Positions 1-8,367 of a stretch of 45,798 bases of DNA are shown here, piece by piece. Within the stretch, counting starts at the first letter, position 1, and the number at the start of each line of letters is the position of its first letter. Under the pieces are notes generated by a model, which was not told where the DNA came from, made no database searches, and was given only the letters and a program-made list of their open reading frames with translations. The stretch is from Candidatus Parcubacteria bacterium (GTDB lineage: Bacteria; Patescibacteriota; Minisyncoccia; JACPXH01): assembly GCA_016196625.1 (NCBI GenBank), contig JACPXH010000003.1, positions 1-45,798 on the forward strand. The letters run 5' to 3'. The position numbers and the translations under genes were made by a program.

Positions 1-140
1 TCCGGAAATCGCGCCTCCCGATCTACCTCGGAGAGTACGTGTGGCGCTACAACCATCGCCGTGAGCCGCAGATCCGCAAGCTAATGCGACTTTTGAGACT
101 TCTCAAAGAACAATCAGGTGTCTAAATTGAAACTTTACCC
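1..140 (+). mobile_element. Right end of an IS1595-family (ISXO2-like) insertion sequence; transposase C-terminus 3..125, truncated by the window edge
   Basis: Frame 3 reads RKSRLPIYLGEYVWRYNHRREPQIRKLMRLLRLLKEQSGV* (TAA 123-125). YLxE..WRYNxR is the typical IS1595 C-terminal motif. A candidate terminal IR (..TTGAAACTTTACCC) ends near 140; its partner is not visible. Confidence 0.75.
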
Positions 141-151
141 TCACAAAACCG

Positions 152-1117
152 ATGGCAGAGCTCAAAGAAGCATTTGTGCAGGGCCGGTTCGCCGAAGAAC
201 CGTACTATGGGACCCGCCACATCGAAAAATGGCTCGTCAGTCAACGCAAGGCGAGGCAACCCGACGAAGGTCGGTGGAACCACTGCTTGTGTTCTGATCG
301 GATGATATTCTGCCTGCAGGGTCGGGAGCTCCCGACGCTCATACGGTACGCCGATCCCTCCCTGACAATTCCCGAACCGGCATCCGAGTATAGTCTCGAA
401 CTCGAACACTGGCGGCGGATTGCGCCACTGCTCCGGAGTCTGGATCCTGCCAAGGCCCAGCTCTACTACGGTCATGTGTTTGGCACCATAGCCGTATGCG
501 GGAGTGGGCCTACTGCTCCAGCATACGTGTTCGTCCAAGAACACGATGCGAACGGGAAAGCGATTACTGTTTTGAAGCCGCTTGTGTCCTTGTACGCGAT
601 GGACGCGATCTACGCGACCTGGAGGCGCGGCGGGCCGAAAGCCGAGGCGGCGCGGGAGTTTCTGTGCAACGAATTGGCGCGGGAGATCGCCACGGTGCGC
701 GCCGAAGCCGGGGCTGACTTCGATCGGGCGGTCGCGGTGTCGGCAGACGGTCGGAAGATCGTGCATGCGGATTGGGTGGTGGTCCCTGGACCCCTCGAAG
801 AGAAACCAGGGGTGGATTCGCCGATGTTTTCGGGGGCCACCGTGTTCCGTGGGGATGCGTTCCATGAACGGAAAATCTTGCGCTTCTGTCTCCGTCGCGC
901 CAAAGACTCCGACTCTCGAAAGCCTACGCCGGAGATCGTCGTTTTGACCGCGCGGCACACGGATCGTTGCCATTCGGAACAATCGGGACCGCTGCTCATC
1001 GAGGTCTCGCCGTGGTCTAGTTTTGATCGGTCAGGGGGTTATACCGTCTTGATGGCTAGCCGGGAGCTCTGCCCCGATCCTTTGCCGGATGGAGGGGTTG
1101 AGGTATCTCTCCGGTAG
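152..1117 (+). CDS. Hypothetical protein (321 aa), directly downstream of the IS end
   Basis: Long ATG ORF followed by a strong hairpin; no recognisable motif. Confidence 0.6.
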   Translation: MAELKEAFVQGRFAEEPYYGTRHIEKWLVSQRKARQPDEGRWNHCLCSDRMIFCLQGRELPTLIRYADPSLTIPEPASEYSLELEHWRRIAPLLRSLDPAKAQLYYGHVFGTIAVCGSGPTAPAYVFVQEHDANGKAITVLKPLVSLYAMDAIYATWRRGGPKAEAAREFLCNELAREIATVRAEAGADFDRAVAVSADGRKIVHADWVVVPGPLEEKPGVDSPMFSGATVFRGDAFHERKILRFCLRRAKDSDSRKPTPEIVVLTARHTDRCHSEQSGPLLIEVSPWSSFDRSGGYTVLMASRELCPDPLPDGGVEVSLR

Positions 1118-1142
1118 CCAGAACGCGTATGGTGTAGAAAGT

Positions 1143-1180
1143 GCGGCCAGCGACGAAAGTCGCTGGCCGCTTCGCTTTTC
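1143..1180. terminator. Intrinsic terminator-like hairpin between convergent genes
   Basis: GCGGCCAGCGAC-GAAA-GTCGCTGGCCGC is a perfect 12-bp stem with a GNRA loop, followed by TTCGCTTTTC. Confidence 0.75.
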
Positions 1181-1182
1181 TG

Positions 1183-3168
1183 TCATACCCCGAAAATCCG
1201 ATCGAGATCCACGACTCGCTCCGCAGCTGGGTGCGGTCCGGCAATTTCAATGAGTTCCGGGGGGATCTCGTTCAAAAACCGCGAAGGAGGGTTGACGCGG
1301 GTTGAGCCAAACAAAGTGCGGGTGCGCGCAACCAGTAGCGTGAGATACTGCTTGGCGCGGGTGAGGCCTACGTAGGCAAGCCGGCGCTCTTCTTCTAGTT
1401 CTGCCGGATCAAGCAGGCTCCGGCTGTGCGGAAAAATTCCTTCTTCCAGGCCGATCATGAAGACTGCTTCAAACTCAAGGCCCTTGGCCGCATGCAGCGT
1501 GAGCAGATTGAGCCGATCTTGGGGCCGCGTCAGTTCGTCAGAATCGTCCACCAGACTCGCCTCTTCCAAGAGCGCTTCGAGCCCGTGAGGCGGCGCTTTG
1601 GCATCGTATTGGCGAGCGACGCTGATGAGTTCGAGCACGTTTTCCCAGCGTTCGGCCGCGTCCGCAACATTCGCCTTGAGGTGCTCTTCATACGCAATGG
1701 TCCGTAGCAGTTCTTCAATCAGCTGGGCGCCTTTAGTGCGCTGGGATTTGGTGTGGAAGCTGGTCAGAAGCGAGAAGAGCGCAGAGGTACCTTCAGTGGG
1801 CGCGGCACCTTGTTGAACCCAAGCGGTCTGAGCCCGTTCTATGCCCCGGGGCCCCAGCCCTCGCGCCGGCACATTGGCGATTCGCCGGAACGAGACCGTA
1901 TCAAGCGGGTTCAGTATGAGCCGCAGGTAAGCAAGAACATCTTTGACTTCGCGGCGCTGGTAGAAAGAGACACCACCCACCAAGGCATAGGGCACTTGAG
2001 CCTCCAGGCAGGCCTGTTCCACCGCGCGCGATTGGGCATTGGTGCGGTAGAGCACTGCCATTTCGGAGAGCTTCAGGCGGGCTTCGTGCTTTAGACGCAG
2101 CGTTTCTTCTAAGACGGCGACGGCTTCTTCGCGCTCGTCAGCGACCAGCCGGAGGGTAATCTTGGGTCCCTGAGCATTTTGCGTGGTGAGCTCTTTGGGT
2201 TTCTGGAGGGCGTTGTGGCTGATGAGTCGGGCAGCCGCAGCGAGGATCGTTTGCGTGGAGCGGTAGTTCTCGTTGAGCACAATGACGGTGGCATCGGGCC
2301 AGTCGCGCTCGAAATTAAGAATGTTGCGGAAATCAGCCCCGCGGAACGAATAGATGGATTGCGCGTCGTCGCCAATGACGAATAGGCGCCGGTGGCCGGC
2401 GGCGAGCTTATGGAGCAGGACGTATTGAGCGTGGTTGGTGTCCTGGTATTCGTCCACGAGGATGTGCGCAAAGCGTCTCTGGAGGCGCGAGAGCACTTCG
2501 GGGTGTTCGGTCAAGATCTGGACGGCGAACCCAATGAGGTCGTCGAAATCCACGGCATTGGCTTGACGTAGTGCCGCCGCGTAGCCCTGCCAGATGCGGG
2601 CCACAGTTTCTGGCCAGAGTCCCCTGCCCGTAGCTTCGTACTCCGGGCAAGACTTGAGCTCCTGCTTCGCCCGGGAAATTGTGGCCAGCACCGCGGCCGG
2701 AGCAAACTGCTTGGGATCTAGCTCCTCGGCCTTGATGACTTTTTTTACGACTCCCAGCTGGTCGTCGGCGTCGTAGATGGTGTAGGGCCTCCGGTAGCCA
2801 ACGAGGTTCGCGTGCGCCTGCAAGATGTGGTTGGCGAGTCGGTGGAACGTGCCGATGAAGGGCCGCATCCCGCCTCCGGCACCGGAGGCGGGATGCGGCA
2901 AGCCCTTGTGGCCGGGCCGAAGGCCCAATAGCTTAGTTACTCGTTCCCCAACCTCGCGCGCTGCCTTGTTGGTGAAGGTAACGGCCAGAATTAGGTGAGC
3001 CGCTACCCCGCGGCCGATCAAATACGCGATCCGGTGCGTAAGCGCCCGCGTTTTCCCGGAGCCGGCCCCTGCCAGTATCAACACCGGACCGTCGGGTGCG
3101 GTTACGGCGGCGCGTTGGCCTGCGTTTAGGTCCTTGAGGATTGGGTTGGGTACAGCCGACATGCCCAT
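1183..3168 (-). CDS. pcrA: ATP-dependent DNA helicase UvrD/PcrA (true start possibly 3162)
   Basis: SF1A motifs AGAGSGKT, TFTNKAA, VDEYQDTN, GDDAQSIYSFRGA, ENYRST, TLHAAKGLEF, EERRLAYVGLTRAK. Confidence 0.96.
   Translation of the reverse strand: MGMSAVPNPILKDLNAGQRAAVTAPDGPVLILAGAGSGKTRALTHRIAYLIGRGVAAHLILAVTFTNKAAREVGERVTKLLGLRPGHKGLPHPASGAGGGMRPFIGTFHRLANHILQAHANLVGYRRPYTIYDADDQLGVVKKVIKAEELDPKQFAPAAVLATISRAKQELKSCPEYEATGRGLWPETVARIWQGYAAALRQANAVDFDDLIGFAVQILTEHPEVLSRLQRRFAHILVDEYQDTNHAQYVLLHKLAAGHRRLFVIGDDAQSIYSFRGADFRNILNFERDWPDATVIVLNENYRSTQTILAAAARLISHNALQKPKELTTQNAQGPKITLRLVADEREEAVAVLEETLRLKHEARLKLSEMAVLYRTNAQSRAVEQACLEAQVPYALVGGVSFYQRREVKDVLAYLRLILNPLDTVSFRRIANVPARGLGPRGIERAQTAWVQQGAAPTEGTSALFSLLTSFHTKSQRTKGAQLIEELLRTIAYEEHLKANVADAAERWENVLELISVARQYDAKAPPHGLEALLEEASLVDDSDELTRPQDRLNLLTLHAAKGLEFEAVFMIGLEEGIFPHSRSLLDPAELEEERRLAYVGLTRAKQYLTLLVARTRTLFGSTRVNPPSRFLNEIPPELIEIAGPHPAAERVVDLDRIFGV
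2862..2899. repeat. Perfect 18-bp-arm palindrome inside the pcrA coding sequence
   Basis: GCCGCATCCCGCCTCCGG-CA-CCGGAGGCGGGATGCGGC encodes part of an extra Gly/Pro-rich segment (LPHPASGAGGGMRP) before IGTFH. Confidence 0.85.
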
Positions 3169-3371
3169 GAGTATACCAGATGTAGGTCGGGGCGGTTTGG
3201 TGTATGGAGTGGTCTGGATAAGATGGGTAGATGCTGTGGACGGTCAATCTTGACACCACCCCCCCGTCTCCCTAGCCTAGAAGGGTGGGTACCCTAGGTC
3301 AGGGTGCTTTTCGCTCTAAGCCAGAAGAAGTGGCACAAGTACAGCAGATCGCCCGTGTGTGAGCCAATATT

Positions 3372-4511
3372 TTGGTTTGCGGGAGCCGACGCATTTTTAC
3401 CGAAACACAATACCATCGCTTCATCAAGCGACTGCGGGAACTGTCGGGCTGGTTTACCGGTCAAGCCGTATGGGTGGGACTCGCCGCAGTCGTTTTTGTA
3501 ATGGTCGGCACGGCAAAATCTGGCGATTTGGGCGGGCCGGCAGGGTTCGGCATTTTTGGTTTGCAGGGGGGCGTGGACGCAACGCTCATTGAAGACGCCT
3601 TGGTGCCCAGCGCCGATGCTCAAAGCACGGCGCCCGCGCACTTCGAGGCGCGAGGCGGAGTGTTGGCTCAAGCTGAAACAGAGAGCGACATTGAAGCTTT
3701 GCTGTTGAGCGGTGATTCCATTTTGGTGCCGCAAAATCCGCTGACGACTGAAACGTCCAGCCAGGCTCGGGCCGGCATCGTGAACTATGCGGTTGAGCCG
3801 GGCGATACGATTTCGGCCATTGCCGCCCGCTTCGGTGTTACCATCAACACGGTCCTCTGGGCGAATAATCTGCGCGAGAGTTCAACCATTCAGCCGGGGC
3901 AGGTTTTGGAAATTCTCCCGGTGTCTGGTGTTCGCCACGTGGTTAAGGACGGCGACACGCTTACAAAGATCGCCAAACGCTACAACGCATCAGTAGATGG
4001 AATCATCGGGTTTAACGTGCTCCCCGCCAATGAGGGTTCAGTGTTACACTCCGGCGAGACGTTGGTGGTTCCTGACGGCGAGATGCCCGCACCCCCGCGG
4101 CCGTCTTCGCAAATCGCTTCGTCCAGGTCCGGCGGGGCTGGGGTCGGGCCGAATACTCTGGGCTACTTCATCTTTCCGACCACCGGTTACAACTACGGCC
4201 GTCGGCACGCATTTAACGGTACTGACATTTCGAATTCGTGCGGCACGCCGGTTTACGCCGCAGCCGCAGGGGTGGTGGTGGAAGCCAAAATGAACAGCTG
4301 GAATGGCGGTTACGGCAACTACGTGAAAATTCAGCACCCCAACGGTCTCGAGACGCTCTATGGCCACTTAGAATCAGAGGCCGTAGCCGAAGGCGAGACA
4401 GTCGGGCAAGGCCAGCCGATTGGGCTCATGGGCAACACCGGCCGATCTACCGGTTGCCATCTGCACTTTGAGGTGCATGGCGGCAGGAATCCGTTCATTC
4501 GGTACCGGTGA
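3372..4511 (+). CDS. LysM x2 + M23 family peptidoglycan endopeptidase (start uncertain)
   Basis: N-terminal TM segment; LysM repeats YAVEPGDTISAIAARFGV and HVVKDGDTLTKIAKRY; M23 motifs GYGNYV, YGHL, TGRSTGCHLHFEV. Confidence 0.92.
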   Translation: MVCGSRRIFTETQYHRFIKRLRELSGWFTGQAVWVGLAAVVFVMVGTAKSGDLGGPAGFGIFGLQGGVDATLIEDALVPSADAQSTAPAHFEARGGVLAQAETESDIEALLLSGDSILVPQNPLTTETSSQARAGIVNYAVEPGDTISAIAARFGVTINTVLWANNLRESSTIQPGQVLEILPVSGVRHVVKDGDTLTKIAKRYNASVDGIIGFNVLPANEGSVLHSGETLVVPDGEMPAPPRPSSQIASSRSGGAGVGPNTLGYFIFPTTGYNYGRRHAFNGTDISNSCGTPVYAAAAGVVVEAKMNSWNGGYGNYVKIQHPNGLETLYGHLESEAVAEGETVGQGQPIGLMGNTGRSTGCHLHFEVHGGRNPFIRYR

Positions 4512-4551
4512 GAGGGGGGCGAACCCCAAGTTTAAGTGAGCTTGATTAGTG

Positions 4552-4578
4552 GAGCCGCCGCGCTGAGCGCGGCGGCTC
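4552..4578. terminator. Hairpin between convergent genes, probable terminator
   Basis: GAGCCGCCGCGC-TGA-GCGCGGCGGCTC, a 12-bp stem. Confidence 0.6.
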
Positions 4579-4631
4579 TCTATTTCGTGTAGACGACTCA
4601 TCAACCCCACAACTGCTTAAGCCGATTTGGT

Positions 4632-6158
4632 TTACTCGTTTCGCAGCCGGTACTGGAGCGCCTCAGACACGTGCTGCTCTCCGACCCGCTCGGCAGCCTC
4701 GAGATCGGCAATGGTGCGGCTTACCTTAAGCAATCGGTGGTAGGCGCGGGCAGAGAGCGCCAGTTTTGCTGCTGCTTGTCGCACGAACGCATCGGCTGCA
4801 GCTTCCAGCCTGGAGGCGGCACGGAGTTTGGCAAACGGAAGCGCGCTGTTGAGGCCTACGCCAAAGGCGCGGTTGCGTTCAAGCCCGAAGGCTCTGGCGG
4901 CGGTGATTCGCGCTCGGACAGACTGGCTTCGCGGCGCGTTGGGCGCACTCTCGAGCTGTGCTATGTCCACCGGCGGCACGTCAGCCACCAGATCAATTCG
5001 ATCTAGGAGCGGCCCTGATAGTTTTCGTCGGTAGCGCATGACTGCTGCCGGCGGGCAGGTGCAGGCCAGAGACGGGTGTGTGAGGTTCCCGCACGGGCAG
5101 GGGTTCATCGCCGCGACCAACGTAAACCGCGCCGGGAAGATCGCCCGGCCCTGGCTGCGCGAAACAGTCATGGTGCCCTCTTCGATGGGTTGGCGCAGAG
5201 TTTCCAGAACGTGTCGAGGGAATTCTGCAAGTTCGTCCAGAAACAGCACGCCTCGGTGCGCTAGACTGATTTCCCCTGGTTTGGGGTTGGTGCCGCCGCC
5301 AATGAGGGCCGCTTCTGATGCGGTGTGGTGCGGTGAGCGAAATGGCCGCGTTTGGACTACGCCTACCCCTGGATCCAGGATGCCGGCCACACTGGCAATG
5401 GTGGTCGTCTCCAGCACCTCTTCGGCTGTAAGTTCGGGCAGGATGCCGGCCAGGGCCTTAGCGAGGAGCGTTTTTCCGGTTCCGGGTGGGCCGGTGAAGA
5501 GCAGGTTGTGTCCGCCAGCAGCTGCAATCTCGAGCGCGCGTTTGGCTGACTCCTGTCCTCGGATGTCGGCCAGATCAATCGTGGGACCGCCTGCGGTTGA
5601 CTGTGGGAACGTCTGCGGCTGCGGCGCTATTTCGGCGGTACCTTCAAGGTGGGCGATGAGGCTTTGCAGGCTTGGGACCGGTCGGATGTTTAATCCCTCC
5701 ACCAGTGCCGCCTCCCGCGCGTTGCCAGTTGGGACAAAGAGGTCATCAAAACCGTGCGCTTTGGCCATTTGGCTCACGGCGAGTACTCCACTTATAGGTC
5801 TAACAGCGCCGTCGAGCGCCAGTTCGCCCACGAAAAGCGTATGTTCCAGAGAGCGCTGGGGCCGAAGTTGATCTGAAGCAACGAGAAATGCGGTGGCAAT
5901 GGCCAAATCATAGGCTGACCCTTCTTTTTTGAGGTCAGCTGGGGCGAGATTGACCGTAACCTTGAGGTTTAGTCGGTCTGGCGGTTGGGCTCCGCTATTG
6001 CGAATGGCCGCGGCAATACGCTCGCGTGACTCGCCCACTGCTTTGTCCGCCAGCCCCACCAAATGAAAAACGTGGAGCCCGGCTACGGCATCGAGCTCGA
6101 CGTCAATGGGTTCAGCTCTAAGGCCCACTACCGCCGCTGAAGTCAATCTGACCGGCAT
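4632..6158 (-). CDS. comM: YifB/ComM family Mg-chelatase-like AAA+ ATPase (competence branch-migration helicase)
   Basis: VNLAPADLKKEGSAYDL, GELALDG, GPPGTGKT, PFRSPHHTAS, GEISLAHRGVLFLDE, AMNPCPCG, SGPLLDRID. Confidence 0.93.
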   Translation of the reverse strand: MPVRLTSAAVVGLRAEPIDVELDAVAGLHVFHLVGLADKAVGESRERIAAAIRNSGAQPPDRLNLKVTVNLAPADLKKEGSAYDLAIATAFLVASDQLRPQRSLEHTLFVGELALDGAVRPISGVLAVSQMAKAHGFDDLFVPTGNAREAALVEGLNIRPVPSLQSLIAHLEGTAEIAPQPQTFPQSTAGGPTIDLADIRGQESAKRALEIAAAGGHNLLFTGPPGTGKTLLAKALAGILPELTAEEVLETTTIASVAGILDPGVGVVQTRPFRSPHHTASEAALIGGGTNPKPGEISLAHRGVLFLDELAEFPRHVLETLRQPIEEGTMTVSRSQGRAIFPARFTLVAAMNPCPCGNLTHPSLACTCPPAAVMRYRRKLSGPLLDRIDLVADVPPVDIAQLESAPNAPRSQSVRARITAARAFGLERNRAFGVGLNSALPFAKLRAASRLEAAADAFVRQAAAKLALSARAYHRLLKVSRTIADLEAAERVGEQHVSEALQYRLRNE

Positions 6159-6164
6159 AGGGGG

Positions 6165-6524
6165 CTATTTGCACTTCAGGCACGTGGTTGCCTCTGGGAG
6201 CGCTTCGAGGCGGCTCTGTTCGATGGGGTTGGTGCAGCGCTCGCACGTCCCGTAGGTCCCCTGCTCAATCTTTTTTAAGGCCTTAGCAATGAGCGCTAGG
6301 CGCTCTTCGAGGCGTTTTTCGAGGGGCAGGATATTTGCAAACTCTTCAACCTCATCAGCTCCTTCATCTGGGTCTACGTCGTTGCCAAATTCAGGATAGG
6401 CGGGATCGAAGTCGCCAGCACCCTTCGGGTTTTCTCTGGCAATCGTTTTAAGCTCCTCGCGGATGCGGGTTCGGTCGGTTTCAAGTCGGGCTTTGAATTG
6501 ACCGATGGTTTGCGCGTCTAGCAT
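6165..6524 (-). CDS. TraR/DksA C4-type zinc finger protein
   Basis: Coiled coil with acidic tip (DPDEGADE); GTYGTCERC...RLEALPEATTCLKC. Confidence 0.9.
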   Translation of the reverse strand: MLDAQTIGQFKARLETDRTRIREELKTIARENPKGAGDFDPAYPEFGNDVDPDEGADEVEEFANILPLEKRLEERLALIAKALKKIEQGTYGTCERCTNPIEQSRLEALPEATTCLKCK

Positions 6525-6566
6525 CGTTTAATTGTAGGCATAACCGATTCCAGGCGCAATGGCCGC

Positions 6567-6876
6567 AAAAACAAAAGAGCGCCTTCGAGGTGGCTCGACG
6601 TGGCGCCCTTGATGCGGACGCGTCCAGTCCCGCAACGTTTGAAAAGGGAGGGTCGTCTGGCCCAATTGGTGGTGTATCAAGGGGCCGACTGCCCTCCTGC
6701 TTTCCCTCGGAAGGGAAAGCATAGTGCGTCTGGAGGCAGGTCCGAGACATCGGACGCTGCCATCACACGCTTGGGGTGTTTCCTACCGACCTGTGGTCCG
6801 CGGCTAGCGGACCTCATTGGTTAAAGAACAAGGAAAGAGCCAAAGGAAGGAACAGGCTCGCAGGTCCGTAAGGAAC
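6567..6876 (-). ncRNA. Candidate ~300-nt structured ncRNA or attenuator leader upstream of the dksA/traR-comM genes
   Basis: Lies between a TTGTAT-17-TATAAT promoter and a hairpin + U-tract (6567-6608). Contains at least four stems, e.g. the perfect 10-bp TGCTTTCCCT/AGGGAAAGCA at 6698-6721. No convincing ORF. Confidence 0.5.
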
Positions 6877-6882
6877 AACTCC

Positions 6883-6940
6883 ATTATACTATAGGGACAC
6901 CCTAGATACAATAAGGACATCCACTGTGTCCTTATTGTAT
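6883..6940 (-). promoter_or_regulatory. sigma70-type promoter overlapped by a palindromic operator-like site
   Basis: On the minus strand: TTGTAT (6911-6906), 17-nt spacer, TATAAT (6888-6883). An inverted repeat ATACAATAAGGACA-N7-TGTCCTTATTGTAT spans 6906-6940. Confidence 0.7.
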
Positions 6941-7053
6941 AAAGTTGGCTTATTGGGCCAATTTTATCGATGTGGGCTTACTTTTTATCCACAGAATGCT
7001 CACAGTAGAACCGGGTCGTTAGCGCGCGTGTCCTAAAGTTGTCCCCATCTTAT

Positions 7054-8367
7054 TTATTCTTGTTTCGATAGTGCCGCATCAATAAGGCCATACATGTTCT
7101 CGCGCGAGGTGGCGATGAGCAGAAGGTTGTCGCCAGAAAGGACAGCGTAATCAATGCTTTGATCTGCCAGCGGGAAGTTGGCGTAGCGAATTTGGATCCC
7201 GCGGTAATCGCTGTCGTGCCACCCCGGTTGTTCTGCGGCAGGCCCGAAGCGCCCGGTCCGCAGGTATCGATCCAGGTCTGCTGGCATGGTTTGTTCCCAG
7301 GCGCGCAGGTTTGTCGTGGCGTTGGCGATAGAATGCAGTTTGACGACCAGACCAAAACGGCTGCGCTCGGGGATTGGTCGAGCTGATAGAATTTCTGATT
7401 GTCTATGCCAGACAAGGTTGAGGTCTGTGATGTCCGGGCGGATTTGTTCAGGGATACGCAGTCCGTAGCCGTCCATAATGTCCGCAGCCGTGGCGTAGCG
7501 GGTGGCATCAGCCCCTTTGATTTTTACAAATACAACTTGGTTCGCGGTGCCGGCGGCGAGCGAACCCAAAAGGCCGTCTACGCCTCGGGGAATCTCTGGT
7601 ACGGTAGCGACTTCAACGTTCTGGCTAGCAAAGCCGGGCAGGAGAGGCGTGGGGGTTGTAACCGGTGGAGGCGGGGGTGGCTGGGGTTGTCCGCCTGCCG
7701 GCGGAGTTGAAGGCGAGGGTTTGATCCAGAACCACCACAACGCTCCCCCGCTTCCGGCAAGCACCAGTATTGCGGCCAGAACAATGGCGACTATCTTTTG
7801 GCGGTCGGTTTTGGTTGGCGGCGGTTTAGGGACCGCGTTCGCTGGCGGGCGAGGTAGTACTGTTTTGGAGACTTGTGCGGGCGGGAGCGTGCCTGCTGGA
7901 TGCGAAGGGGGCTTGGGAGGCGGCGGGGGTTTTGGTATGTTCGCGAATGCCGGCCGGACCGGATCAGTCAGCGGACCCGCTGGTCTGGGTGTTGGCTTTG
8001 GAACTTCTGGGGTCGGGGGTTTTGTTTGAAAAGACGGAGGCCCTGGAGGGGTTGGAGGTTTGCTCGTTGGCTCTGGCGGGAGCCAGTGTGGTCGGGGAGG
8101 TATTGGAGTTGCTCCGCCGGTACTAGGCGTAGGACGCGGCACTGGCCTAGGCGCCGCTGGCGTCGGCTGTGGGCTGTCTTGGACGGCGGCCGGAGCAGGT
8201 GGCGGGCTCGGTTTAACCTTAAGCCCAAGTGGTTCAACTGGCAGAGTTTCTGGCGGATTGGGCGTAAATGGCTCTAGGCGCGCGGTTGGCTTCGCGCCTT
8301 TTTTAGCTGCTTCGAGGTCCTGGCTCATCGTGCGAATGGCGACGGCGAGCTGGTTTTTGGATATCAT
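7054..8367 (-). CDS. Proline-rich single-pass membrane protein with a C-terminal globular domain (hypothetical)
   Basis: About 170 aa Pro-rich region, TM helix IVAIVLAAILVLAGSGGALWWFWI, folded C-terminal domain; start overlaps the pnp stop (ATGA). Confidence 0.8.
   Translation of the reverse strand: MISKNQLAVAIRTMSQDLEAAKKGAKPTARLEPFTPNPPETLPVEPLGLKVKPSPPPAPAAVQDSPQPTPAAPRPVPRPTPSTGGATPIPPRPHWLPPEPTSKPPTPPGPPSFQTKPPTPEVPKPTPRPAGPLTDPVRPAFANIPKPPPPPKPPSHPAGTLPPAQVSKTVLPRPPANAVPKPPPTKTDRQKIVAIVLAAILVLAGSGGALWWFWIKPSPSTPPAGGQPQPPPPPPVTTPTPLLPGFASQNVEVATVPEIPRGVDGLLGSLAAGTANQVVFVKIKGADATRYATAADIMDGYGLRIPEQIRPDITDLNLVWHRQSEILSARPIPERSRFGLVVKLHSIANATTNLRAWEQTMPADLDRYLRTGRFGPAAEQPGWHDSDYRGIQIRYANFPLADQSIDYAVLSGDNLLLIATSRENMYGLIDAALSKQE

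Noticed and set aside
122-982. 286-aa antisense ORF and the many other shadow ORFs opposite comM, pnp, gpmI and the cyclase
   Set aside because: Antisense or off-frame ORFs are expected at this GC content and show no recognisable domains. For 122-982, the plus-strand ORF has the more protein-like composition and a terminator.
6985-6993. Perfect DnaA box TTATCCACA, considered as oriC
   Set aside because: Only one perfect box, with no cluster and no dnaA/dnaN nearby.
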